This document shows positions 9,530 to 19,700 of a stretch of DNA of 64,000 bases, piece after piece. The DNA is from a virus (Duplodnaviria > Caudoviricetes), in the IMG/VR virus record IMGVR_UViG_3300025697_000023, positions 805 through 64,804 of that record, one strand, 5' to 3'. Both the position numbers and the translations under genes were made by a program. The notes under the pieces were generated by a model. That model had not been told where the DNA came from. It was given only the letters and a program-made list of their open reading frames with translations, and did not search any database. Within the stretch, counting starts at the first letter, position 1, and each line of letters starts with the position of its first letter.

Positions 9530-10161
9530 CAGGTAACCTCCACTTCTTGCACTGATTTATCGTAAGCCTGTTTTAGATCCTTATCGAGAGGAAGCCGAGT
9601 CTTAGAATCATTACGACAGGTACTTGTTCCAGGTAAACATTGTCCAGCATAGTACTTCGGAAGATTCGCACAAATAGAACAGAGGAGAGGAATCTTGTCG
9701 TCAGGAGTTTGAATAGAAATAGGAGGTAACTTAATACCTGCGTTGGCGTTTACACCAACTACCTCAGACATGATGTAGCCTATTTCAGATATGTCAGGAA
9801 CTTTGTGACCCTTACGTGTCCGGGCTTTTACGTGGGTAGGAACAATCAGGAGCCAATCCTCAGGCCTTGAAATATTAAAACGTTTCTTATGGAAGAGAGT
9901 TGTGCCTTCAAATGCTAAATCATCGCGGCGTACTCGTACTGTCTTCTCACGCTCAACGTGTAAACAATTGAGCATTTTTGCGATTATTTCTGTGTAGTCC
10001 ATCACAAGATAATAGCGAAACAACTGCTGGATACGGGGCTCATCATTCCGGTGTGCGATGTACACATTATCATACGGGAAGTAATCGATATGTGTGTCGC
10101 GACTCCGGATACTGTGTTGAGCAATCTTTACGTGGTAAATATTCCCGGGGTAGAATTTCAT
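9529..10161 (-). CDS. hypothetical protein with C-terminal CxxC-x10-C-x6-C motif
   Basis: Stop overlaps the RT start (TGATG); CSICANLPKYYAGQCLPGTSTC. Confidence 0.7.
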   Translation of the reverse strand: MKFYPGNIYHVKIAQHSIRSRDTHIDYFPYDNVYIAHRNDEPRIQQLFRYYLVMDYTEIIAKMLNCLHVEREKTVRVRRDDLAFEGTTLFHKKRFNISRPEDWLLIVPTHVKARTRKGHKVPDISEIGYIMSEVVGVNANAGIKLPPISIQTPDDKIPLLCSICANLPKYYAGQCLPGTSTCRNDSKTRLPLDKDLKQAYDKSVQEVEVT

Positions 10162-10164
10162 ATC

Positions 10165-11754
10165 TTAGCTTTCGTGGATTTTAATGACCCTACTTCCCAT
10201 AGAGGGATGATCAGTGCCATTGGGGGTAAGTGCCCATATGAGAGGACACGCGGGGAGTAAGTCTGGAATGGGTCCGTGAGGCGAGTCGATAGGAGCTTCC
10301 CCGTCAGTAAACATAACTACCAGGTCTGGTTTAGGGAGTCTTATATCCAGTCCTTCTACATTTTTTTCCCAATCTTCTTCTGTGTCAACACCACAGATAC
10401 GTCGAAGAGGGGGGCAGAAGTCGGTGCCTCCACAACAATAGCGTTCTAGTCCGTGTTGTCCTGGGGATTGAATTTCATCATCTTCTCCAAATTCTTGTTC
10501 ATACTGAATAGCGGCATCAAAGATAATCAGATAGGCTTTTGCCATAGTATCCGCTTGAAGAATCCCCTGTATTTCCGACATGAATTTAAGATACTCGTCG
10601 TTGCTAACCGAACCCGAAGAATCCACACATATGTATATGTGAATTCCTACCTCTTTTTGAAGTCCCGGGTAAGGCTCTAAACCCTCTTCGAGTGACGGGA
10701 AGAGCGCAATGTTAGGCATCACGGTACTCTCCGTAAGCTTCGAGGATATAGAGGAGCGTAGCATCCCGCGGAATAGATGCTCCCAGGGAACTGTGGGAGG
10801 TGTTAGAAATTCTTCTAAATAGTGTTCCAATGCTGACGGGATCAGGCCTCGTTGTTTCCGCGTCTGGTCTAACGCCTGCTGTACGAGTTTTTTACCTTCC
10901 CGTTGGGCGTTATCAAGTGCTCGTTCCATCTCTGCTTCTGTTAGATCATTCCAGACTTCTGAGATGTCCAGGGGTGCATGCTGGCGTGCTAGTAGCCCCT
11001 TGAACCAATCTGGTAGCTTAGGATCCTGCATAGGGTCGTAGGAGCCATAGCCTGACTGAGGAGTTCCCTCGTCTTTTGGGGGACCTTTCTGAGGGTCACC
11101 TGACGCCTGGGACTGCTGCTCCTCTCCAGACTGTCCCTCTCCAGACTGTCCTTGTTCTCCAGGATCCTGTGGCGGGGCTTGGAGTTGCTTCTTGATATTT
11201 TCAACTATATCTTCGATGTCGTCTGGAGCCCATCCGTGGTCTCCCAGGTCCTGAAATAAGCGATGAGCATACTGCTCAAAGGTCTCACCCTTGGGGTAAT
11301 TACGTTCTTCCGGCAGAATCATAGACTTCATTTCATCCTGAAATATCTGGGATTTCTGCTCTACGAAGACCCTGAGAGCTGTGTCATTGACTGCCATATC
11401 TGCGGCCACATTCAATACCATGTGACGACGCTCGTAACGGTAGTCGTTGTTGACGATCTTCTGGAGACGTAGGAAGCGCCCCAAGTGGTTCAATGCCAGG
11501 TGGGCTCCCTCGTGAAAGAATACTAGAATTTGCTTGGCGCGGGGGAGACTCAAGAGCCATTTGGGATCATAGATAAAGACATTCCGTCCTGTTTTGCCAA
11601 TCATAACCCCTGCGGTTCCCAGGCCTTTTTGAGGGATAAACCGGCAACCGTTTAAAACACGACCCAGAAAGTTGTTGCCACCACGGATGCTGACGGCCCA
11701 TTGTAAATTTTCGCTGATGATAGTCTCATCTGTTGTTTCGATTAACGCTTCCAC
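10165..11754 (-). CDS. DUF2201-like metallopeptidase plus VWA domain protein
   Basis: HEGAH (HExxH), NVAADMAVND, acidic/Gln linker, MIDAS VDSSGS, GGTDF, FTDGE. GTG start with GAAGGAGG SD. Confidence 0.88.
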   Translation of the reverse strand: MEALIETTDETIISENLQWAVSIRGGNNFLGRVLNGCRFIPQKGLGTAGVMIGKTGRNVFIYDPKWLLSLPRAKQILVFFHEGAHLALNHLGRFLRLQKIVNNDYRYERRHMVLNVAADMAVNDTALRVFVEQKSQIFQDEMKSMILPEERNYPKGETFEQYAHRLFQDLGDHGWAPDDIEDIVENIKKQLQAPPQDPGEQGQSGEGQSGEEQQSQASGDPQKGPPKDEGTPQSGYGSYDPMQDPKLPDWFKGLLARQHAPLDISEVWNDLTEAEMERALDNAQREGKKLVQQALDQTRKQRGLIPSALEHYLEEFLTPPTVPWEHLFRGMLRSSISSKLTESTVMPNIALFPSLEEGLEPYPGLQKEVGIHIYICVDSSGSVSNDEYLKFMSEIQGILQADTMAKAYLIIFDAAIQYEQEFGEDDEIQSPGQHGLERYCCGGTDFCPPLRRICGVDTEEDWEKNVEGLDIRLPKPDLVVMFTDGEAPIDSPHGPIPDLLPACPLIWALTPNGTDHPSMGSRVIKIHES

Positions 11755-11795
11755 TGTAGCCTCCTTCGGACTATAATTCTCTCGAGGAGAAAAAC

Positions 11796-12788
11796 ATGAT
11801 TAAAGATCAAACAAATGACCCGGGGTTTGGAACTTTGTGTGCTGTAACCAAGCGATTTCCTGCCTTGAAGGAAATGGCCAAGACGGCGGAATTAGATACC
11901 AATGAATTTACGGATCTTCCCAATACCGCGTTCGCGTGGGAAACTCGCCGAAAATTTCCGATTCATAACCGGGAACATACTGCGATTTCTTTAGGGTACC
12001 GGAAGATTGCGAGTGCTATCCCAGCTGAGGTAGATGAGAAGCTAAAGAAAGCTGCGGAAGTCTATGGGGTTGATACTACGGTGTTTGATACCCCTGAAAT
12101 AGTTAAGACAGCTTCTGAAGAGTTCTTCCTCTTAGGTGGACGCTTTCGAGTAACCTCTGCAGAGGAAGTACCCTATGCAGAAAAAGCGTTGCTTAGAAAA
12201 TATGCTAGTCTTTCCCCTCAAGACAGGGCTGAAGCATTTGTTAACTTGGGAAAAGTAGCACAACATTTTGAGGTTCCATTACAACCTTCTACCCAAAAAC
12301 TCGCAGGATTTACGATTACGAGTACGCGGGTAATGAAGGACTGGGTAGAAGCTCGGAAGGTAGCTGCTGAGAGCCTTAAGTCTTCTGTAGCAGGCGCTTA
12401 CGAAAAATTGGCGCGTTCGTATGACGGGGCTGATGCCTATATCACGGATAAATCCGTGCAGGTAAAACTGGCTTCATTGATTGATGAGCTAGACCAGCAG
12501 TCGGGGGTTCAGCAGTATTACGGAAAGTCCCTATTAGATCCAATTCAGACCGTATTCAATACCGACAAGGTAGCTACCGGACAAGTTATGATTGGTAGCC
12601 TGATGCTCGATAAAGATAAGGTAGCAGCTCTCCCCTTGTCCTTCTGGGAAAGTTTACTGGGAGACGATATCGCAAAGGAAATTTCAACAGATGGAGAACC
12701 TGATATCGATAAGCTGATGCCTATTCTTCCTACCCTTCCTAAGGATTTAACTATCGTAGCGCAGAAACAACTCGCGCATCTTGCCTGA
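11796..12788 (+). CDS. putative head-associated protein, rich in K-x-A motifs
   Basis: DLPNTAFAW..RKFPIHNREH resembles a DUF6582-like motif; GAGGAG SD; many KxA(S/A) sites. Confidence 0.6.
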   Translation: MIKDQTNDPGFGTLCAVTKRFPALKEMAKTAELDTNEFTDLPNTAFAWETRRKFPIHNREHTAISLGYRKIASAIPAEVDEKLKKAAEVYGVDTTVFDTPEIVKTASEEFFLLGGRFRVTSAEEVPYAEKALLRKYASLSPQDRAEAFVNLGKVAQHFEVPLQPSTQKLAGFTITSTRVMKDWVEARKVAAESLKSSVAGAYEKLARSYDGADAYITDKSVQVKLASLIDELDQQSGVQQYYGKSLLDPIQTVFNTDKVATGQVMIGSLMLDKDKVAALPLSFWESLLGDDIAKEISTDGEPDIDKLMPILPTLPKDLTIVAQKQLAHLA

Positions 12789-13555
12789 TGATGGAACTCG
12801 ACTCACTAATAGAACTTGCGCCCAGGCTATCGACTCGATTTCTTGAAAAAACCGCAGCCATGATTCCTTATGCCCGAAAGGTTCTTCAAGAACCTGATGC
12901 GTGTTGTGCGACTGTCCTTTATTTAGCTGTCAGAACTTTGTTTGGCGTTCAGGTTACAGCCTGGGAACCTGAAACTATTTGGTTAACTTTAGAACGGCAG
13001 GAAAATATTGAGTTGGACGAGCTAGCCCGGGACAAGATTCAGGCAGCTATTACGCTAGTTGTTAATCCTTCTTTCTACTGGGATAGCTATGTGTTCCAGA
13101 GGACCGCTCAGGCACTTAACGGGGAACCCTTCGATGCTTACGCGCTGCAAGAAATCCCCCCTCCAGTTCAATGTTGGGCTGTTTACGAAGCCGGTATTAT
13201 CCGGGGGTTAGACCTGGATGTTCCTGTTATCCCTGATTACGACGAAGACGTACAAAGCTATACCGCGGTATGTCTCCATAGAGACGGGATGGTACTTCCC
13301 CCAGATCAGCTCATGTATTCTAGAGCTGCTCTTAAGAACCTCTATCCTAAAAACACGCAAGAGTTTGCAGCCACTGTTATGAAGTCCTGGTCACAAGTAA
13401 AAAAAGAGGACCTCCAGAAACGTAAGTTTCCGGAAGATCCTCTGGGGGTCCAACTTTCATATTTGGCGGGCTGCAAACTCTACGTAGATGAGCGGGCAGA
13501 AGCACTAGCTAAGGACATTACCTTGGTTTCGGTACGGTCTTCCAGTCCTGCATAA
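12788..13555 (+). CDS. hypothetical protein
   Basis: TGATG-coupled 255-aa ORF; EKTAA near the N-terminus. Confidence 0.65.
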   Translation: MMELDSLIELAPRLSTRFLEKTAAMIPYARKVLQEPDACCATVLYLAVRTLFGVQVTAWEPETIWLTLERQENIELDELARDKIQAAITLVVNPSFYWDSYVFQRTAQALNGEPFDAYALQEIPPPVQCWAVYEAGIIRGLDLDVPVIPDYDEDVQSYTAVCLHRDGMVLPPDQLMYSRAALKNLYPKNTQEFAATVMKSWSQVKKEDLQKRKFPEDPLGVQLSYLAGCKLYVDERAEALAKDITLVSVRSSSPA

Positions 13556-14774
13556 GATCATTGTCGACATTCCGGGTATTTTTATCCAACTGTTTATGTA
13601 TTTCTCGCCAACCAGGAAAGTCGGCCATTTCATACATCAGTTCAGTCAGGTAGTCTCCCGCGTTATTGTCTTCGGCCATCTGGTTAAGACCCGTATGGAT
13701 CTGCATAAGAACTTCTGCAGGAAGGTCTCCCAGGAAGGTAACGAAGTTTTTGGCTACCTTGTCAACACTGGTTTTCTTCGCAAATAGAATTGTAAGAACA
13801 CCTTGACCAAGGTCCAGTAATTTGGTGCGGTCTTTCTTGATCAGTTTTTTCACTGCAGTTCGTGTCTTCCCCTTATATGCCCGTAATACTTCTTCCGGCT
13901 TTACTGTCAAAGTAGAGTCCGTGAGAAAATCTATAAGTTGTTTTGTTACAGTCATACCTACGGAAGCTGCGTAACGTGTTTCTGCGAAAGGACCAATGAT
14001 ACTTACATTATTCTTTTCCATTAAGTAAGTATCGAGAGAGATAGTCTGTATTGTTGCGGGACACATATACTGCTTGTTCACACGTTGTGCTGCCATGTCA
14101 TAGATGAGTTTGGGGAACGTTTCTATGAACGACAGGATACTCGGGTGGCAGGGCAGCGACTTACCTAGAGCATCCCTATCACTGAAGTGGAAGATATCGG
14201 ATTTGGCGTGAGGGTACCAGGATTGGAAAGACGGGATACAGTACAACCACTTGAGTCTACGGCGAAGTGCCGCGTTCGTTTCGATCTGTGTAACACTGTA
14301 TTTGTCCGTGGCGGGATTCATCATACCCACGACCATACAATCTTTCGGTAGTAGATAGTCGAACATTCTCCGGTCTTCGATCAGCGAAAAGAACATCGAG
14401 ATTGCGTGGGGTAGTCCCTGGTTTAGTTCGTCAAAAACCACCATGGCTTTTTCTCCGCCTTCGGGAAAGTTCTCTGGTAGCAGCGTTTTGAAAAATCCGA
14501 TTTTTGCTTCTTTTGTAGAAGGGATCCCCGCCCCCATCAACCCGTAGTGGGCCGTACGGATGTCACATACCCTGGCGCCCACCTCGTGCGCTACCTGATG
14601 AACTACTTGGCTCTTGCCCATTCCGGCTTCTCCGACAAGCATGAAAGCCCCCCGCCACTGCTTAGCATTCCAAGAAAGTAAGATCTGTTCTTTTGCGCCT
14701 GCCATAGTTACCTGCGGGATGTCATGTAGCTGAGCATACTTGAGTTCTTCTTCGTTCTTTTTTCCTTTTGTCAT
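13518..14774 (-). CDS. MoxR-like AAA+ ATPase (usual partner of DUF2201/VWA proteins)
   Basis: Walker A GEAGMGKS, Walker B VVFDELN, sensor MMNP, arginine finger AALRRR. Confidence 0.88.
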   Translation of the reverse strand: MTKGKKNEEELKYAQLHDIPQVTMAGAKEQILLSWNAKQWRGAFMLVGEAGMGKSQVVHQVAHEVGARVCDIRTAHYGLMGAGIPSTKEAKIGFFKTLLPENFPEGGEKAMVVFDELNQGLPHAISMFFSLIEDRRMFDYLLPKDCMVVGMMNPATDKYSVTQIETNAALRRRLKWLYCIPSFQSWYPHAKSDIFHFSDRDALGKSLPCHPSILSFIETFPKLIYDMAAQRVNKQYMCPATIQTISLDTYLMEKNNVSIIGPFAETRYAASVGMTVTKQLIDFLTDSTLTVKPEEVLRAYKGKTRTAVKKLIKKDRTKLLDLGQGVLTILFAKKTSVDKVAKNFVTFLGDLPAEVLMQIHTGLNQMAEDNNAGDYLTELMYEMADFPGWREIHKQLDKNTRNVDNDLMQDWKTVPKPR

Positions 14775-14803
14775 ACTGCTCCTCGTCTGTTACTGTTGGT
14801 TAG

Positions 14804-16423
14804 ATGTCTACAATACCTAAAAAACCATTATCAATCATTGCTGAAAGATGGTTGTTACTCGACGGTAAACCCTTTAGCTTACGTGATTGGCCTATGCACC
14901 GCGCTTTCTACGATGGGCGATACCCCCGTATGCTTATGAAAACTGCGCGACAAGTTGCTAAGAGTACCACCCTATCTAATTTTAGTATTATTGAATGTGC
15001 AGTTCTTCCTCATTTTCGTACAATGTTTGTTAGCCCTTCTAAAGAACAGACTGTGCGTTTTTCAAATGCTCGGGTCTCTAAAACTATGTCTTATTCTCCT
15101 ATTATTAAGGAGGGGTTTCTACACCCTGATTTATCGTATCGTATGGGACATAAGCAATTCCGTAACGGGGCTGAGATGTACTTTACGTACGCTTGTGACG
15201 ACCCCGACCGTTTGCGTGGAATTTCATCGGATAGAAATCTAATGGATGAGGTTCAGGACATGTTGTACGATCCTGTAATCATCGTAGGTAATGAGTGTAT
15301 GTCTGAATCCAATTATGGATACGAGACCTATGCTGGTACCCCAAAAACCATGGAAAATACGATTCAGTATCTGTGGGAAATGTCGACGCAGACTGAATGG
15401 GTAATGAAGTGTGAATCTTGTGGTTGCTCCCAGTATATCGATGACGAAAAATCTGTAGGAAAACTAGGTCCAATTTGTGTTAAGTGTGGCTCGTATCTCA
15501 ATCCTTTTAAGGGTCAGTGGATAGACCTTTCTCCCCCGGACCCCACTAAATATCCCGACCCTAAACAGAAGCTAAAAGGGTTTCATATCTCACAGCTTAT
15601 TATGCCGAAGAATGTGCCTGAGGCAATGAAGCACCGAGGAGGAGTTGACTACGAGAGAGCGGTTAAACGTTGGCATCGTATTCTACGGAAACATATAGAA
15701 AGTCCTCCCTCGTTATTCCGCAATGAAGTCCTGGGAGTTTCCGATGCTATTGGTACCCGTATGATTTCTCTGGAGGAACTCCAATCTCTTTGTGTGGGAG
15801 TTTCACTACAGGAAAAGCCTAAATCGGGACACTTTGTAGGAGTTAGAAGTGCTGTCGCGGGGGTTGACTGGTCTGGAGGAGGCGCGTCAGGACTCTCGAG
15901 AACAGTTCTTTGGATCTGGGGACACCGCGCAGACGACCAAAAACTCGTGTGTCTTTATTACAAGGTATACCCGGGAAAAAACCCTGTGCATGCCGTTGAT
16001 GAAGTTGCCGCTACATGTCAGGCGTATAACGTACGCATGGTAGTAGGGGACGCAGGAGAAGGTGCAGTAGCTAACGGACTTTTAAAGCGGGCCCTAGATG
16101 CTCACCGGGTACAACAAGTACAGTACGGAAGTCATGCGAGGGCTCTTAAGTGGAACGGGGAAGACCGGTACATAGGAGATAGAACAACGTTAATCGATAA
16201 TTATTTTATGGAACTTAAGCAAGGACACATGGAATTTGGGCCGGAAGAACAAATGAAAATGGCTATAGAAGATATCCTTAACGAGTATGAAGAAGTAACA
16301 CAGCACGGTAAAAAAGTATGGAGACACTCACCTCAAAAACCAGATGACTGCCTCCATGCTGGATTGTTTGGCTGGATTGCTTACAAGATCTCTATCGGAG
16401 ATCTTAAATTTTACCAGCATTAG
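14804..16423 (+). CDS. terL: terminase large subunit (lambda gpA-like)
   Basis: KTARQVAKST, LRGISSD..LMDEVQD, AGTPK, Zn motifs CESC/CVKC, nuclease GVDWSGG, VGDAGEG, PDDCLHA. Confidence 0.88.
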   Translation: MSTIPKKPLSIIAERWLLLDGKPFSLRDWPMHRAFYDGRYPRMLMKTARQVAKSTTLSNFSIIECAVLPHFRTMFVSPSKEQTVRFSNARVSKTMSYSPIIKEGFLHPDLSYRMGHKQFRNGAEMYFTYACDDPDRLRGISSDRNLMDEVQDMLYDPVIIVGNECMSESNYGYETYAGTPKTMENTIQYLWEMSTQTEWVMKCESCGCSQYIDDEKSVGKLGPICVKCGSYLNPFKGQWIDLSPPDPTKYPDPKQKLKGFHISQLIMPKNVPEAMKHRGGVDYERAVKRWHRILRKHIESPPSLFRNEVLGVSDAIGTRMISLEELQSLCVGVSLQEKPKSGHFVGVRSAVAGVDWSGGGASGLSRTVLWIWGHRADDQKLVCLYYKVYPGKNPVHAVDEVAATCQAYNVRMVVGDAGEGAVANGLLKRALDAHRVQQVQYGSHARALKWNGEDRYIGDRTTLIDNYFMELKQGHMEFGPEEQMKMAIEDILNEYEEVTQHGKKVWRHSPQKPDDCLHAGLFGWIAYKISIGDLKFYQH

Positions 16424-16441
16424 TATACCGCTTAGCGTATA

Positions 16442-16680
16442 GGACAAGAACCTCGCGGGACTGATGCACCCCAAGCGCTGTCAGCGCAGGGGATCATCAG
16501 ATTTCGGAGGGCTATGGCGCCCGGAGAAATTCTTGACCGGTAGCTGTATGCATAGTTAAGAGCATAAATCAGGATGTAACATCCTATTGCTTCTAGGGAC
16601 TAGAAACATTCCGGTATGTACCGCTATGTGTCGGTTTCTAAGAATGACATCTTAGAAACCAAACTACCGTGCTGTGTTGT
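16442..16680 (-). ncRNA. putative structured non-coding RNA of unknown family
   Basis: Largest intergenic gap in the window, with at least seven stems; several extend by G-U pairs only in the minus orientation; preceded by GGTATAAG. Confidence 0.6.
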
Positions 16681-16683
16681 AGA

Positions 16684-16701
16684 CTTATACCGCTAACTAG
16701 C
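16684..16701 (-). promoter_or_regulatory. candidate promoter GCTAGTTAgcGGTATAAG
   Basis: Near-identical to GCAAGCTAttGGTATAAG at 35307-35324; both lie directly upstream of small minus-strand units. Confidence 0.45.
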
Positions 16702-19700
16702 GGCTATTTCTTTTTCAAAATCGGCGCGTATAGCCTGTTCAAGGTACGCATCAGGATCTAATTTTTCAATGTTATTTTTGTTCATGTAGTCGTAGATATC
16801 AATTACTTCTCCGTAAGAGGGTCCTACTTCTACATCCCATTGAAACGGAACAGGTAGCCAGGGGTGGCGAGTTGCAACTCTAGTTTGTCCGTATTCCTTT
16901 ACGAAGTCCGGAATTTGAGAGACATACTTTTTAGGTATCTCAGCTACTATCGAATCATGTACCGTAATGAGCAGATGTCCTCCGAAGTCATGTCGGATAG
17001 GTTCAGCCATTTCACACAGTACCTCGAGTACTAGATCTGAGGATGTACTTTGAATCTTAAAGTTAATTGCCTGCCGGTTTGCTTTGCTGCGCCCATAGGG
17101 GGTTAATCCTAGCATTTCAAACCTACGACGACGTCCCAAGAAGGTCTCTACTACACCAATATTTCGTACCTGATCTTTTGTGATACGCACATACTCAGGT
17201 ATTGATGGAAACATTTTCTCGAGTGCATCAATAATCGTTTGTGCCTGTTCCAACGAGATCCCTACAATTTGCGCAATTTTGTATTTACTGGCGCCGTATA
17301 AAATTCCGAAGACCACGCGCTTAATTGTTTTCCGAAGTTTTTCTAACTGTCTCGCATACCAGGGATCCGTATCCTTGAAATTATTTCGGTTATTAAAGTC
17401 GTCGTAACTCCAACCGTGGTCTTCATCGATACCTATGAGGTTCATCACAGCTTTTCGTGATGCGTATTGTACCTCTGCCAGGATGGTCTCAGGTTTAAAG
17501 ATCATGCCCGCGAAGAATGAGTGGGGATCCATACCGTCATTCAGGGCTTTAATTAAGTTCTTATCCTTACTATAGGCCGCGTAGATTCTAACCTCTGCTG
17601 CCTTAGCGTCTGCGTTACAGATCACCTGACTCTCGGGGTCAGTAGGAATAAAACTCTTTTTGATGTTATGTTGCCCGATTTGATAGGGGACATTTTGCAT
17701 GTTTTCGTCTGATGATGAATTGTGGTTTACAAAACCTTGCGCAACGAAAGAATGATCATAAGCTACTTCGATATCCCAAACGCCTTTTATTCCGATACTT
17801 CGGATAGACTTGATTCGGCTAGTACCAAATTTATTTGAACGGTATTTATCGCGTATACGGCGCTGACGATTACAGGTAGTAACTTCAGAACCAATATCTA
17901 ATTCTTTAAGGCGGTGGATTACTAAAGGACCGTAAATTGATCCAGGTTCTGAAGGAGTGTAAAAACCATGGTTTTTTGTAACTTCAATTGAGGATCCGTT
18001 CTCAAGTGTAACACAATACATTTCTTCATCACCCTTGCAGAACAACTTAACGATATTACGTAATCTATTTTTGTGAGTCCTAATAGATACCGAAGGTATT
18101 AGATCCAAGGGTAGTTTTGAAATTACAAAAGATCCCTTGTCTGTGTCAAGAATAGTATTCTCGGAAACACAAAGACGAAAAGTAGCAGTGCCGTGTTGGT
18201 GGAAGTTCGTATGCATACGTCCGTCTTCTTCACTCAGGGCTTTGATATTGGCCACGAAGGTTGTCAGAGCCTTGTGTGTTGCTCGGTACCGCAGGATAGC
18301 ACGGGATAGGGGACAGTCATGCTGTGTAGCGAGTGAGCGTAAGAACTGAGCGTTAGTAGATGCTAAGCCTGTCTCCGTTCGAGGCGGTTCTATAACGCCG
18401 CTGTAGCATACTATTTTACCTGTTTCAGGATGTTTGAAACCTGTGCCATATAGGAGTTTACGTACGTCAGCAGCACTAGAAGGATTGAATTTAATGTTCT
18501 CTGGAACCATTGGCAGCATCTCAGCACGAGATTGCACGATAGATAGTTCCATCTTAACGGCTAATTCGTCTACGTAATCCCGGTCAACCTTTACACCGTA
18601 AAGCTCCATTTCCGCCAAGACACGAGTCGTAGGGATTACTCGTCCAAACATATTAGCTGAAGTAGGGTCTCGCATAGAACAGCCAGGCTGTGCTAGGTGC
18701 TTAAAGTAGGCGTTATGCGCCCACTGGCCTCTACGCTTTGCCAGCGCAGTGTTCTCTTGCTCAGCTCTTTCCCGCTGTAGACCTACTATCTGCCTTGTAA
18801 CATCGCCATCGATAGCTCCATACAGGTTAAGGTCGTCCAACGGTATTTTCAAAAAGCCCTCGGTAGCAGCATCTTTGGCTAACTTTTTGGCGGCTCCTTT
18901 AAGCTTTTTCTTTTTCTCGGCCGTTTGTTTTGCATCCGCGATCTGTGAATCGCCTTCGGTGGCTGTAAGAATAGCTTGGAGGGTATCTTCATACCCGGAG
19001 TAAGCCGGGAGCATAATATTTGTAAGATCTTTTAGGCCGTAAAAACCTTTCTTATCTTCAACTAAAAGATGTTCTCCAAGCATGGTATCCCAACCGATTC
19101 GTCTGATATCCCAACCCTTGCTTTTAAGAACTTTTAAATCAAATTTTGCATTCTGCAAAACCTTAGGCTTTGGACTAGAAAGTATCCGTTGTATCAGCGG
19201 AGCGACTTGTTCAAATGTCCAAGGAGTATCGGGGTGTTCAATTGGTATGGATGTGGAATAGCCTGTAGCCCAAGAAACTATCAGACTCAAGAGTTTCAAG
19301 TTTTTTCTGTGGGGATACTTAGTGTTCGTTTCAGTATCTAGAGAGATTATCCAGTTATCTGGATTCACATCATTTTCGGTATATGCGAGAATATGATCGA
19401 CTAATTTTTCTACCTCTTTAAGAGTCTTGGGAAAAACATAGTTCTTTGCAAGGACGTCAAGGGTAGGCGTCATCTGGATTGCTTTACCTTTGCCTACATC
19501 TACTACTCCGGAGAGGAACAAATCCATATGATTTTTAAACAAGTCAAAGTAACCTGTTTTGGCTGCAAGTTGTTGCTTTGACATGGACACATAGATATAT
19601 ACTTTACGCCCCTGGAGGGTAGTAGTTACAAAATGTTCTTGTGTTGCCGAGTATTTTCTAAATTTGATACCCAAGGATTTTAGAACACTATCGCCCATTG

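Noticed and set aside
16545-16630. tRNA (cloverleaf-like junction)
   Set aside because: Loops are only 2-3 nt, with no 7-nt anticodon loop, TTC-containing T loop or CCA end.
16442-16680. Canonical retron msr-msd call
   Set aside because: No a1/a2 inverted repeat joining the two ends was found, and it is not adjacent to the RT. Kept only as an unassigned structured RNA.
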